NCBI GenBank assembly: GCA_963422645.2 | Contig: CAXXVO010000008.1 | Span: forward strand, 480,001 to 544,000 | Direction: 5' to 3' | Length of the DNA: 64,000 nt | Source of the DNA: Alphaproteobacteria bacterium | GTDB lineage: Bacteria; Pseudomonadota; Alphaproteobacteria; UBA828 | Shown: piece by piece, positions 31,450 to 41,377 of the stretch | Numbering within the stretch: position 1 is the first letter of the stretch | Layout: every line of letters starts with the position of its first letter | Translations under genes and position numbers: made by a program | The notes under the pieces: model-generated | Told to the model about the DNA's origin: nothing | Seen by the model: the letters and a program-made list of their open reading frames with translations, nothing else | Database searches by the model: none

Positions 31450-31663
31450 ATTCCGGCTCAAGGCGGCTCAAAGTGGCTCAAAGTGGCCCAAAGTGGTCCA
31501 GGGCGGGCGGCTCAAAGCGGTCCAAGGTGGCGAATTCCGGTTCAAGGTCGCGCACGCGCGCAGCATCGTGCGCGCGAAATCAAGGGTCGCGCGCGCGTCT
31601 CCCGCACCTGAATCGCGCACGCGCGCAGCGTCGTGCGCGCGAAACCAAGAGTCGCGGGCGCGG
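31450..31663. repeat. 10-bp tandem repeats plus two ~50-bp hairpin direct repeats
   Basis: About 8 degenerate GGCTCAAAGT units; TCGCGCACGCGCGCAGCRTCGTGCGCGCGAAA at 31548 and 31613. Confidence 0.8.
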
Positions 31664-31930
31664 CAACAAGGTTCATCCCATCCATCCGTCTTGCTCGCCG
31701 TGAGCCGCTCGCTCTCGCACCGCATGGCGCGATCCTGACGCAGGCATCCCACCCTGTGCACCGCACCATCGTCCGGGTCCCGCGCGCGGAACGAAGTCGC
31801 GCTGGCCTGCCGAAATGCCGATGCCCGAGGACTTCCGCGCGACTGAAGGGCTACGGCGGGTTTGTGCTAGGTTTCGCAAGGTTCAACGGATGCCCGGCAC
31901 CCGTGCGGGCGAGCAGGCGGGGAGCGGACC

Positions 31931-32926
31931 ATGGCTAGAATCGTGCGATTCCACGAGACCGGCGGCCCCGATGTGCTGCGCCTCGACGAGGTGCCGGAGG
32001 TGGACCCCGGGGCTGGCGAGGTCCGGATCAGGGTCGAGGCGATCGGCCTCAATCGGGCCGAGGTCATGCTGCGCGAGGGCATCTACCACGAGCAGCCGGT
32101 CTTCCCCTCCCGCATCGGCTACGAGGCCGCCGGCGTGGTGGAGGCCGTGGGTGCCGGCGTGACGAGGGTCAAGGAAGGCGACCGCATCGCCACGGTCCCG
32201 TCCTTTGCGCTCTCCCAGACCCGCCAAGGCGTCTACGGCGAGAGTGCCACCGTGCCGGCGGAGATCGCCGAGCCTTACCCCGCAGCGCTTTCGCCGGCCG
32301 AGGGCGCGTCTCTCTGGATGGCTTACCTCACGGCCTACGGCGCGCTGGTCCACTACGGCAACCTCGGCCCCGACGACGCCGCGATCGTCACCGCGGCGAG
32401 CAGCAGCGTCGGCCTCGCCGCGATCCAGATCGCCCGCGCCAGCGGCGCCACCGTGATCGCGACCACCCGGACCGCGGCCAAGAAGGAGGCGCTCCTCGGC
32501 CTCGGCGCCGATCACGTCGTGGCGACCGATGAGGAGGACCTGCCCGCCCGGGTCATGGCGATCACCGGCGGGGCCGGAGCCCGCGTGACCTTCGATCCGA
32601 TTGCGGGACCGCTGCTGACCACGCTCTGCGGCGCGGCAGCGCCCTATGGCACCATCTACGAGTACGGCGCCCTCTACCCCGGCGAGACCGCCTATCCGCT
32701 CATGCCAATGCTGGCGAAATCGCTCACCATCGTCGGCTACCAGGTGCTCGACTTCGTGCGCGACGAGGCCCGCTTCGCGGCAGGGCGCGACTACCTCTTC
32801 GAAGGCCTTGAGAGCGGCGCGCTCAAGCCCGTGATCGACCGCGAGTTCCCACTGGAGCAGATCGTGGAAGCCCACCGTCACATGGAATCCAACACCCAAT
32901 GCGGCAAGATTGTCGTCACGGTGTGA
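31931..32926 (+). CDS. MDR-family NADPH:quinone oxidoreductase-like protein
   Basis: IGYEAAG, AASSSVG, GKIVV. Confidence 0.9.
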   Translation: MARIVRFHETGGPDVLRLDEVPEVDPGAGEVRIRVEAIGLNRAEVMLREGIYHEQPVFPSRIGYEAAGVVEAVGAGVTRVKEGDRIATVPSFALSQTRQGVYGESATVPAEIAEPYPAALSPAEGASLWMAYLTAYGALVHYGNLGPDDAAIVTAASSSVGLAAIQIARASGATVIATTRTAAKKEALLGLGADHVVATDEEDLPARVMAITGGAGARVTFDPIAGPLLTTLCGAAAPYGTIYEYGALYPGETAYPLMPMLAKSLTIVGYQVLDFVRDEARFAAGRDYLFEGLESGALKPVIDREFPLEQIVEAHRHMESNTQCGKIVVTV

Positions 32927-32990
32927 CCGCCACCGCCAATTATCGAGCCTCTTTGCCCTTATCGCAATTTTGCTATAATTACGGTGACTG

Positions 32991-33320
32991 ATGGAGTGGT
33001 CCGTCGAGACGCTGAACGAAACCGTAGACCAAGAGCTTCAGTCTTTGCCCGTCGATATGCGGGCGCGGTTCTCTCGCATTTGCCAGTTGGTTGCCGTCGT
33101 TGGCCTGGACCGCATGGGTGCACCGCATGTTCGGCATCTGAGCGGCCCGCTTTGGGAAATGCGTATGAGCGGCAGGGCCGGGATATCCCGTGCTCTCTAC
33201 GTGGCGAACAAAGAGGACAGGCGCGTCGTGGTGGTGCGGGCGTTCGTGAAGAAAACCCGGAAGACGCCCCGCCGGGAAATCGATTTGGCGTTACGTCGTG
33301 CCAAGGAGTTGACCAGATGA
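32991..33320 (+). CDS. RelE/ParE (HigB/Gp49-like) toxin
   Basis: LWEMR, AFVKKTRKTP motifs. Confidence 0.88.
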   Translation: MEWSVETLNETVDQELQSLPVDMRARFSRICQLVAVVGLDRMGAPHVRHLSGPLWEMRMSGRAGISRALYVANKEDRRVVVVRAFVKKTRKTPRREIDLALRRAKELTR

Positions 33321-33595
33321 CCAAGGTAGCCGAGTTGCACGAGAAATGGAGCCGGGAGTCGGATTACCGCGAAGCCTATGATCGGCTCGATCCGGCGTTC
33401 GAATTCTCCCGTTGTCTGATTGAGGCCCGCACTCGTGCCAAGCTCACTCAGGCGGAGCTTGCTGAGCGCATGAAGACGACGCAGTCGGTCATCGCCAGGC
33501 TCGAAAGCGGCCGCAATCGACCGTCGACGAGAACACTGGAGAGGGTCGCGCAAGCAACCGGCACCAGGCTTCGCATCAGCTTTGACCCGGCTTGA
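33317..33595 (+). CDS. XRE-HTH antitoxin (HigA-like)
   Basis: ATGA overlap with the toxin; LTQAELAERMKTTQSVIARLESG. Confidence 0.88.
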   Translation: MTKVAELHEKWSRESDYREAYDRLDPAFEFSRCLIEARTRAKLTQAELAERMKTTQSVIARLESGRNRPSTRTLERVAQATGTRLRISFDPA

Positions 33596-33694
33596 CGATC
33601 AGCCTAGGAGCATCCCGCGTTGACCGGGCTTCCGTGGCGGTGAGACACTAGGCGCGCCTGGGGGCGGCGCGAAGTCCCCGCGGAGGATGACGCG

Positions 33695-35455
33695 ATGACA
33701 AGCAGCACGAACGGACGCAATGGCGGTGGTTTCGAGACCGACGTGGTGACCCGCGAGATCGTGCGCGGCAAGCTGCTGGCGGTGGCGGACGAGATGGGCG
33801 TGGTACTCGCGCGGAGCAGCATGAGCCCGGTGATCTACGAGGTGCTCGACTTCGCCTGCGGCTTTTGCGACGCGGACGGCGAGCTCGTCTCCCAGACCAA
33901 CGGGATCACGGTCTTCACCGGCACCTTCTCGATCCAGATCAACATCATCAAGGAGAAGTTCGCGGGCCGCATCCGGCCGGGCGACATCTACATGCTCAAC
34001 GACCCCTTCCACGGCGGCACCCATTACAACGACGTCGGCGTTGTAAAGCCGGTGTTCGTGGACGGCGAGCTCTTCGCCTTCGCCATCTCGATCTCGCACT
34101 GGACCGACATCGGCGGCAAGGCGCCCGGCTCGCTGCCGGCGGACGCGACCGAGATATTCCAGGAGGGCATCTGCTTCCCCGGCATCCACGTCTACAAGGA
34201 GGGCGAGCGACAGGACGCCATCTTCGAGATGATCGCCGCCAACGTGCGCCTGCCGAAGATGGCGCTCGGCGATCTCAACGCGGCGCTGGCATCGGTGCGC
34301 ATCGCCGAGAATCGCTGCCTCGAGCTTTGTGAGAAGTACGGCAAGCAGGCGGTCGCGGAGACCTTCCGCCATATCCTGGAGACCAGCGAGCGGGTAAGCC
34401 GCGAGGCCGTCGCCGCGCTGCCGGACGGCACCTACGAGGCCGAGGACTGGATCGATGGCGACGGCATCACCGAGGAGCGCTTCCGTACGAAGGTGGCTGT
34501 CACCATCGAGGGCGATGACATCACCGTCGACTACACGGGCTCCTGCGACCAGCTTCAGGGGCCGGTCAACTGCTCGCGCTCGGCCCTCGTCTCGGCGGTG
34601 AAGACGGTCTTCAAGGCGATCGTCGATCCCCAGTCGCCCTCCAACGAAGGTTGGTTCCGGCCGCTGAAGGTCGAGGCGCCGGACGGCACGGTGTTCACCG
34701 CGACCAAGCCCGCACCGGTCGGCTGGTACTACGAGGGCACCGGCCAGGCCTCCGAGCTCGCGTGGAAGGCGCTCGCCCCCATCGCGCCCAAGCGGGTCAG
34801 CATGGGCAGCGCGAACAGCCTCTGCGTGACCGTCCTCGGCGGCCACGACCGCGTCAAGGGCGAGCCCTGGGTGATGATCGAGCCGAGCATGGTCGGCTGG
34901 GGCGCCACCGACGAGCGCGACGGCAACTGCGTGACCAGCGCCATCACCAACGGCGATACCTTCAACTATTCCATCGAGCTCCTGGAGGCGAAGTTCCCGG
35001 TCCGGGTCAACCAGTATGCGCTCAACACGCCGGGCGGCGTCGGCGCCGGCCGCCATCGGGGCGGCTACGGCTCGATCCGCGAATACGAGATTCTGACCGA
35101 CGACGCCGTGCTTTCGGCAAGCTACGGCCGCTCGATCGAGAAGCCGTGGGCGCAGGAGGGCGGCGGCGAGGGCTCCTGCAACTACTTCGAGCTCCATGTC
35201 GGCAACGACGCCCGCCGGGCGGCGCGGGCACCGACCACGATCATGAAGCGGGGCGACATCATCCGCATGTTCACCGGCGGCGGCGGCGGATATGGAGACC
35301 CCTTCCGGCGGCCTGCCGAGGAGGTGCTTGCGGAAGTCCGCGCGGACTACATCTCCGCCGAGCGCGCCCGCGAGGACTACGGCGTGGTCGTCGCGGCGGG
35401 TGGCCGCGCCGTCGACGAGGAAGCGACCGCCAAGCTGCGCGCCGCAGCCGCCTAG
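33695..35455 (+). CDS. Hydantoinase B/oxoprolinase family protein
   Basis: NDPFHGGTH.ND, HWTDIGG, GGGGYGDP. Confidence 0.93.
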   Translation: MTSSTNGRNGGGFETDVVTREIVRGKLLAVADEMGVVLARSSMSPVIYEVLDFACGFCDADGELVSQTNGITVFTGTFSIQINIIKEKFAGRIRPGDIYMLNDPFHGGTHYNDVGVVKPVFVDGELFAFAISISHWTDIGGKAPGSLPADATEIFQEGICFPGIHVYKEGERQDAIFEMIAANVRLPKMALGDLNAALASVRIAENRCLELCEKYGKQAVAETFRHILETSERVSREAVAALPDGTYEAEDWIDGDGITEERFRTKVAVTIEGDDITVDYTGSCDQLQGPVNCSRSALVSAVKTVFKAIVDPQSPSNEGWFRPLKVEAPDGTVFTATKPAPVGWYYEGTGQASELAWKALAPIAPKRVSMGSANSLCVTVLGGHDRVKGEPWVMIEPSMVGWGATDERDGNCVTSAITNGDTFNYSIELLEAKFPVRVNQYALNTPGGVGAGRHRGGYGSIREYEILTDDAVLSASYGRSIEKPWAQEGGGEGSCNYFELHVGNDARRAARAPTTIMKRGDIIRMFTGGGGGYGDPFRRPAEEVLAEVRADYISAERAREDYGVVVAAGGRAVDEEATAKLRAAAA

Positions 35456-35469
35456 CGCGCGGGTCGATC

Positions 35470-37515
35470 ATGGGCCGGCTCGCGTCCGATATCGGCGGCA
35501 CCTTCACCGATCTGGTCTACTTCGACGATGCGCAGGGCTCGCTGCGCACCGCTAAATCCCTCACCACGCCGGGGGACCTGACCCAGGGCGTGATCGATAC
35601 CGTCAAGCTCTCGGACCTCGCGCCCGACGAGGTGGATTTCTTCGTCCACGGCGGTACCACGGTCATCAACGCCATTACCGAGCGCAAGGGCGCCCGGACG
35701 GCGCTGGTCACGACCGCCGGCTTTCGCGACGTGCTGGAGATTCAGCGCGGCAACCGGCCGGACCTCTACAATTTACGCTTCGAGAAGGAGCGCCCCTTCG
35801 TGCCCCGCCTGCTGCGCTTCGAGGTGCGCGAGCGGGTGGATGCGGCAGGCAACGTGCTGCGGCCTCTGGAGAAGTCGGACCTCGGCCTCGTCGTCGCCCG
35901 CTGCCGGGAGGAGAAGGTCGAGGCGATCGCGATCCAATTCCTCCACAGCTACGTGGCACCCCGGCACGAGGCCGAGACCGCCGCCCATCTGCGGGAGCGC
36001 CTGCCGGGCGTGAGCATCACCGCCTCTCACGAGATCACCCGCGAGTGGCGCGAGTACGAGCGCGCCAACACGGCGGTGCTCAACGCCTACGTGCAGCCCA
36101 TCGTTCAGACCTACTTCGGCCAGCTGGAGCAGGCGCTGGGCGGTGCCGACATCCGCTGCGCCTGCGCCGCCATGCAGTCCAACGGCGGCACCACCAGTTT
36201 CTCATGGGCCAAGGAACACCCCATTACCCTCATGGAATCGGGGCCGGCGGCGGGCTGCAACGGCGCCGCCATCGTGGGCAACCTCTGCGACGAGCCCCGG
36301 GTCATCTATCTCGACATCGGCGGCACCACCGCGAAGTGCACCACCATCGAGGACGGCACGCCCAAGGTGACCACCGAGTACCGGCTGGAGTACAGCCGCA
36401 CCCAGTTCGGTTACCCGCTGCGCGTGCCGGTGGTGGATATCGTGGAAATCGGGGCGGGCGGCGGCTCCATCGCCTGGTTCGACAAGGCGGGGCACTTGAA
36501 AGTGGGGCCGGTCTCCGCCGGCGCCGATCCGGGGCCCGCCTGCTACGGGCGGGGCGGCACCGAGCCGACCGTGACCGACGCCAAGCTCATCACCGGCGTC
36601 ATCAATCCCACCAACTTCGCCGGCGGGCAGTTCGACCTCGACGAGGGCAAGGCCCGCGCCGCCTTGGAGAAGATCGCGAGCGGCCTGGGCGTTGACGTGG
36701 TGGAAGCGGCGGTCGCGGTCATCCGCACGGTAGAAGCCAACATGATCAACGCGCTGAAGCTGGTCTCGATCCAGCGCGGCCACGACCCGCGCGACTTCGC
36801 CCTGGTCGTGGGCGGCGGCGGTGGGCCCATGCACGGCGCTCCCTTGGGCCGCGAGCTCGGCGTGAAGGAGATCATCGTGCCGCTCTACCCCGGCCTCTTC
36901 TCCGCCTGGGGCATGCTGGCTACCGAGCCTCGGCGCGATTTCATGCAGACCGTGCTGCGCCGCGACGAGGAGGTGGAGGCGGGCGACGTGCGCGCGGTCT
37001 TCGCCGGCCTCAAGGAGGAGGCGGAGCGCTATTACCAGACCGACGCCCACATGGGGGAGGCGGAGATCGCCTACGAGGGCCGCATCGACCTGCGCTATCT
37101 GGGGCAGGAGCACCCGGTAACCGTGCTCGTGGACATCGAGGCCGCCGAGGTCGACTCAATTCTCGCAGCCTTCCACGACGCGCACGAGAAGACCTACACC
37201 TTCCGCCTCGACGACACCCCGGTCGAGTTCGTGACCTACCGGCTTACCGCGTCCGCCAAGGTCCCGCGGCCGGAGATAACGAGGCTTGCCCCGAACGGGC
37301 GCTCGATCGAGGCGGCAGCGCGGCCCGCGCGCATGGCCGATTTCGCGGAGGACGGGCGCCACGAGGCTGCGGTCTACGAGCGGGACCGGCTGCCGCCCGG
37401 CGCGGAGCTGGCTGGGCCGCTGATCGTGGAAGAGGCCACCGCCACCACGCTCGTGCATCCCGGCCAGACGCTCCAGGTCGACGACTACGGCTTCCTGCGC
37501 ATCACCGACGCCTGA
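35470..37515 (+). CDS. Hydantoinase A/oxoprolinase family protein
   Basis: DIGGTFTD, SGPAAG, DIGGTT, GAGGGSIA, PTVTDA. Confidence 0.93.
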   Translation: MGRLASDIGGTFTDLVYFDDAQGSLRTAKSLTTPGDLTQGVIDTVKLSDLAPDEVDFFVHGGTTVINAITERKGARTALVTTAGFRDVLEIQRGNRPDLYNLRFEKERPFVPRLLRFEVRERVDAAGNVLRPLEKSDLGLVVARCREEKVEAIAIQFLHSYVAPRHEAETAAHLRERLPGVSITASHEITREWREYERANTAVLNAYVQPIVQTYFGQLEQALGGADIRCACAAMQSNGGTTSFSWAKEHPITLMESGPAAGCNGAAIVGNLCDEPRVIYLDIGGTTAKCTTIEDGTPKVTTEYRLEYSRTQFGYPLRVPVVDIVEIGAGGGSIAWFDKAGHLKVGPVSAGADPGPACYGRGGTEPTVTDAKLITGVINPTNFAGGQFDLDEGKARAALEKIASGLGVDVVEAAVAVIRTVEANMINALKLVSIQRGHDPRDFALVVGGGGGPMHGAPLGRELGVKEIIVPLYPGLFSAWGMLATEPRRDFMQTVLRRDEEVEAGDVRAVFAGLKEEAERYYQTDAHMGEAEIAYEGRIDLRYLGQEHPVTVLVDIEAAEVDSILAAFHDAHEKTYTFRLDDTPVEFVTYRLTASAKVPRPEITRLAPNGRSIEAAARPARMADFAEDGRHEAAVYERDRLPPGAELAGPLIVEEATATTLVHPGQTLQVDDYGFLRITDA

Positions 37516-37731
37516 CTAGGATTTCTCACAGGGCTACGACCTGCGTCGCGCGTGACGCAGGCAAGAGATGTTTGCTCGCTATACGCCGAATGGAAGGACG
37601 ATGACCGATGCCGGATAGCACTTCCCTCTTCGAGCGTGCCATTCCCCTGCTCGCCTCGCTGGATATCGGGGCCTCGCTCGACCACTTCAACAAGCTCGGT
37701 TTCGAAGCGCACAACTTCGGCGACAACTACG
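36423..37731 (+). repeat. 1,309-bp direct repeat, copy 1 (left flank of IS1634)
   Basis: Same sequence at 39655-40963 (offset 3232); includes the first 124 nt of the VOC gene (37608-37731). Confidence 0.93.
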
Positions 37732-39654
37732 CCTGACTTCGACGGTTGATTCGCGTAAGTATTTGAAATTGGCCGGTTCTCATTTCCGGCCAGGCACTAC
37801 ATCCGGCGGCGCTGCGAGACCGGGCCGGGTTTCGTCGGCGGTCAGTCGAGCTGGTACGGGGTGATCGTCAGGGGCAGCCCCATGGTCGCATAGATCTGTT
37901 CCGCCGCCGGTGTCGGCTTGGAGGGGATGACGTAGCGGTTGCCTGATTGGCGGCAGCGCAGGACCGAGCATTGGCGGTGGACGAGGGCGGAGCGGATGAC
38001 TTCCGGGGACATCCGCCGCTTCTGGATGGCGACGCGGTAGGCGAGGTGGCGGACGCAGGCGAAGGCCATGAAGGCGATGGCGATGTGGGCGCGGATCCGG
38101 TCCGGGTTCCAGTGCCAGATGGGGCGCACCCGCAGGTCGTGCTTGGTGATCCGGAAGCTCTCCTCGACCTGCCAGAGCCCGTGGTAGTGAGACATCACTT
38201 CGGTGACGCTGGCGTCGCGCAGATTGGTGATGACGCCGGCGAGCCCGTCCCATCGCTCGGCCTCGGCGATCTTCTCCGGGTTCACCGTGAGCCGGGCTTC
38301 GCCCTCGACGGCGATGAAGCGCTTCGCCCCGTGATTGGAGAGCAGCTCCTTCGGATTGTCGCTGCGGGCCAGCCTGTCGAGCAGGCGCTCCACCTGCTTG
38401 CGGCGCTCGTGTGCGTCCGTGCGCGCGCGCACGGGGCAGAAGACGACGATCAGGCGCCGGCCCTTGTGCTCCCATTCGCCGACCCGGCGCTTCTCCGGGC
38501 CCTCCAGCGGGGCATAGGTGCCCGGGTCGAGAATCTGCTTCCGCAGCGCGAGCGGCAGCTTGCGCAGCCGCGCGCCGACGACGTACTCGCCGCCGATCGT
38601 GTCCATGGCGTCGAGGTTGTCGGCGCTCAGCATGCCCCGGTCGGCCACGCACACCGTGCGCTCCACCTGGTGGCGGCGCTGCATGTCCTGCAAGACCGGG
38701 ACCAGGCTGTGCCCCTCGTAGGTGGCGCCGGGAAAGACCTCGTAGCCGATCGGCAGCCCTTCGCGCGTCACCATCAATGCCAGCAGGACCTGCGAGTCCT
38801 TGTGCTTGCCGTCCTTGCTGAAGCCGTGCTGGCGAAGCTCGTCCTCAACCGCGGTCTCGAAGTAGAGCGTGGTGCAATCGAAGAAGAGGAGCGCGACCGG
38901 CTCCGGCAGCAGCGATCGGCTCGCCTCGCCCACCTGCGTGCGCAGACGCTCGATCACGGTCGCGCCGAGTTGGTCCATCATGCGGTAGACCTTCTCAAGG
39001 GGAAGGCTCACGCCGAAGTCCTCCTCGAGCCGGCGCACGCTGCCCCGCTTGCTGTCGGGGTTGGCGATGCGTGCCATCACCACGTGGAACAGCGCGTCGT
39101 GCGAGGCCCGGTAGCGCGATCGCGGCAGCAGCGCATCGAGGCCCAGCAGGCGGTACATCTCGCCGTAGACCTCGTGGACGCCAGTGATCAGGCGCTGCTC
39201 CTCTTCGAGTTGCTTGAGATCGACCGGGAGTTCCTGCTTGCCGTCGCCCTGGCGTCCGACGCGGATCACCTGGTCTGCGATCTTCTCGGGCGCAAACAGC
39301 AAAGGCTGGCGCTGGTCCTCCAGCTTCGCCTTGACGTACTCGCCGAGCTGCCTCAGGCGCTCGATCTCGTCCTCGTCCATGGCCACGCCGATGTGGCGAA
39401 CGATGCGCTGTCGGACCTTGCCGCCGTCGCGCACGGCCTCGACGAGCTGGACCGAGCGTCGCGGGCTGTTGGGCGTGGTCTTGATGCGAACGAACACGGG
39501 GAAAGTGTAGCGCGCGGCGGGGGTATCGACAACCACATATACCTACTAGGCACTACAAAGCGGCTTGACCGCACCGCAACTTCTAAGTCATTGTCTTTGC
39601 AGAAAACTCCAGACGGGAGATCAGCCAAAATCCGGCCCAACCGTCGAAGTCAGG
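37732..39654 (-). mobile_element. IS1634-family element
   Basis: Perfect 17-bp TIR CCTGACTTCGACGGTTG. Confidence 0.93.
37842..39497 (-). CDS. IS1634 family transposase
   Basis: FFDCTTLYFE, GFSKDGK, VADRGM, YHGLWQVEESFRITK..L..RP; GTG start inferred. Confidence 0.92.
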   Translation of the reverse strand: MFVRIKTTPNSPRRSVQLVEAVRDGGKVRQRIVRHIGVAMDEDEIERLRQLGEYVKAKLEDQRQPLLFAPEKIADQVIRVGRQGDGKQELPVDLKQLEEEQRLITGVHEVYGEMYRLLGLDALLPRSRYRASHDALFHVVMARIANPDSKRGSVRRLEEDFGVSLPLEKVYRMMDQLGATVIERLRTQVGEASRSLLPEPVALLFFDCTTLYFETAVEDELRQHGFSKDGKHKDSQVLLALMVTREGLPIGYEVFPGATYEGHSLVPVLQDMQRRHQVERTVCVADRGMLSADNLDAMDTIGGEYVVGARLRKLPLALRKQILDPGTYAPLEGPEKRRVGEWEHKGRRLIVVFCPVRARTDAHERRKQVERLLDRLARSDNPKELLSNHGAKRFIAVEGEARLTVNPEKIAEAERWDGLAGVITNLRDASVTEVMSHYHGLWQVEESFRITKHDLRVRPIWHWNPDRIRAHIAIAFMAFACVRHLAYRVAIQKRRMSPEVIRSALVHRQCSVLRCRQSGNRYVIPSKPTPAAEQIYATMGLPLTITPYQLD

Positions 39655-40963
39655 CGTGCCGGTGGTGGATATCGTGGAAATCGGGGCGGGCGGCGGCTCC
39701 ATCGCCTGGTTCGACAAGGCGGGGCACTTGAAAGTGGGGCCGGTCTCCGCCGGCGCCGATCCGGGGCCCGCCTGCTACGGGCGGGGCGGCACCGAGCCGA
39801 CCGTGACCGACGCCAAGCTCATCACCGGCGTCATCAATCCCACCAACTTCGCCGGCGGGCAGTTCGACCTCGACGAGGGCAAGGCCCGCGCCGCCTTGGA
39901 GAAGATCGCGAGCGGCCTGGGCGTTGACGTGGTGGAAGCGGCGGTCGCGGTCATCCGCACGGTAGAAGCCAACATGATCAACGCGCTGAAGCTGGTCTCG
40001 ATCCAGCGCGGCCACGACCCGCGCGACTTCGCCCTGGTCGTGGGCGGCGGCGGTGGGCCCATGCACGGCGCTCCCTTGGGCCGCGAGCTCGGCGTGAAGG
40101 AGATCATCGTGCCGCTCTACCCCGGCCTCTTCTCCGCCTGGGGCATGCTGGCTACCGAGCCTCGGCGCGATTTCATGCAGACCGTGCTGCGCCGCGACGA
40201 GGAGGTGGAGGCGGGCGACGTGCGCGCGGTCTTCGCCGGCCTCAAGGAGGAGGCGGAGCGCTATTACCAGACCGACGCCCACATGGGGGAGGCGGAGATC
40301 GCCTACGAGGGCCGCATCGACCTGCGCTATCTGGGGCAGGAGCACCCGGTAACCGTGCTCGTGGACATCGAGGCCGCCGAGGTCGACTCAATTCTCGCAG
40401 CCTTCCACGACGCGCACGAGAAGACCTACACCTTCCGCCTCGACGACACCCCGGTCGAGTTCGTGACCTACCGGCTTACCGCGTCCGCCAAGGTCCCGCG
40501 GCCGGAGATAACGAGGCTTGCCCCGAACGGGCGCTCGATCGAGGCGGCAGCGCGGCCCGCGCGCATGGCCGATTTCGCGGAGGACGGGCGCCACGAGGCT
40601 GCGGTCTACGAGCGGGACCGGCTGCCGCCCGGCGCGGAGCTGGCTGGGCCGCTGATCGTGGAAGAGGCCACCGCCACCACGCTCGTGCATCCCGGCCAGA
40701 CGCTCCAGGTCGACGACTACGGCTTCCTGCGCATCACCGACGCCTGACTAGGATTTCTCACAGGGCTACGACCTGCGTCGCGCGTGACGCAGGCAAGAGA
40801 TGTTTGCTCGCTATACGCCGAATGGAAGGACGATGACCGATGCCGGATAGCACTTCCCTCTTCGAGCGTGCCATTCCCCTGCTCGCCTCGCTGGATATCG
40901 GGGCCTCGCTCGACCACTTCAACAAGCTCGGTTTCGAAGCGCACAACTTCGGCGACAACTACG
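39655..40963 (+). repeat. 1,309-bp direct repeat, copy 2 (5'-less hydantoinase A fragment 39655-40747)
   Basis: Duplicate of 36423-37731. Confidence 0.93.
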
Positions 40964-41235
40964 GTATCGCCGTCCGCGAGCACATCGAGATCCACTTCTG
41001 GCTTTGCACGGACAAGAGCGTCGCCGAGAACACCTCCTGCTACGTCCGTGTGAACGACATTCGCGCGCTGCGCGCAGACCTCGCCAGACGCACCGACGTG
41101 GGCGAGGTCGTCGAAACCTCCTGGGGCATGGACGAACTCTATGTGTGGGACCCGACCGGCAGCCTGGTGAAGTTCGGTCAAGTGACGGACAGGCTGATCC
41201 GGGCGGAAGCCGTGAAAGAGGCGCCTTCGGACTAA
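40840..41235 (+). CDS. VOC/bleomycin-resistance family protein
   Basis: AIPLL, LGF, CYVRV, WGMDELYVWDP.G.LVKFGQ. Confidence 0.85.
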   Translation: MPDSTSLFERAIPLLASLDIGASLDHFNKLGFEAHNFGDNYGIAVREHIEIHFWLCTDKSVAENTSCYVRVNDIRALRADLARRTDVGEVVETSWGMDELYVWDPTGSLVKFGQVTDRLIRAEAVKEAPSD

Positions 41236-41350
41236 GGCGCGTCCGTCCTTGACGGATGCGCCACAGGCCGCGACCGCGGCCCGCCGCTAATGCGGCGCGC
41301 CCGCGCAGGCACCGGCCCTAGGCCGGCTGCCGTGAGCGACAAATAGCAAA

Positions 41351-41377
41351 AGCGTTTCCGTATGAATCGGAAACGCT
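41351..41377 (-). terminator. Intrinsic terminator after the groEL-like gene
   Basis: 10-bp stem AGCGTTTCCG/CGGAAACGCT directly after the stop, followed by a T-rich run on the minus strand. Confidence 0.65.

Noticed and set aside
31450-31663. Possible CRISPR array
   Set aside because: Units are 10-bp tandem or present only twice, with no unique spacers and no cas genes
34651-37515. 954-aa ORF, and similar long extensions at 13531-14955 and 43070-45088
   Set aside because: N-terminal parts are off-frame overlaps of upstream genes in GC-rich DNA; family homology starts at 35470, 14235 and 44428
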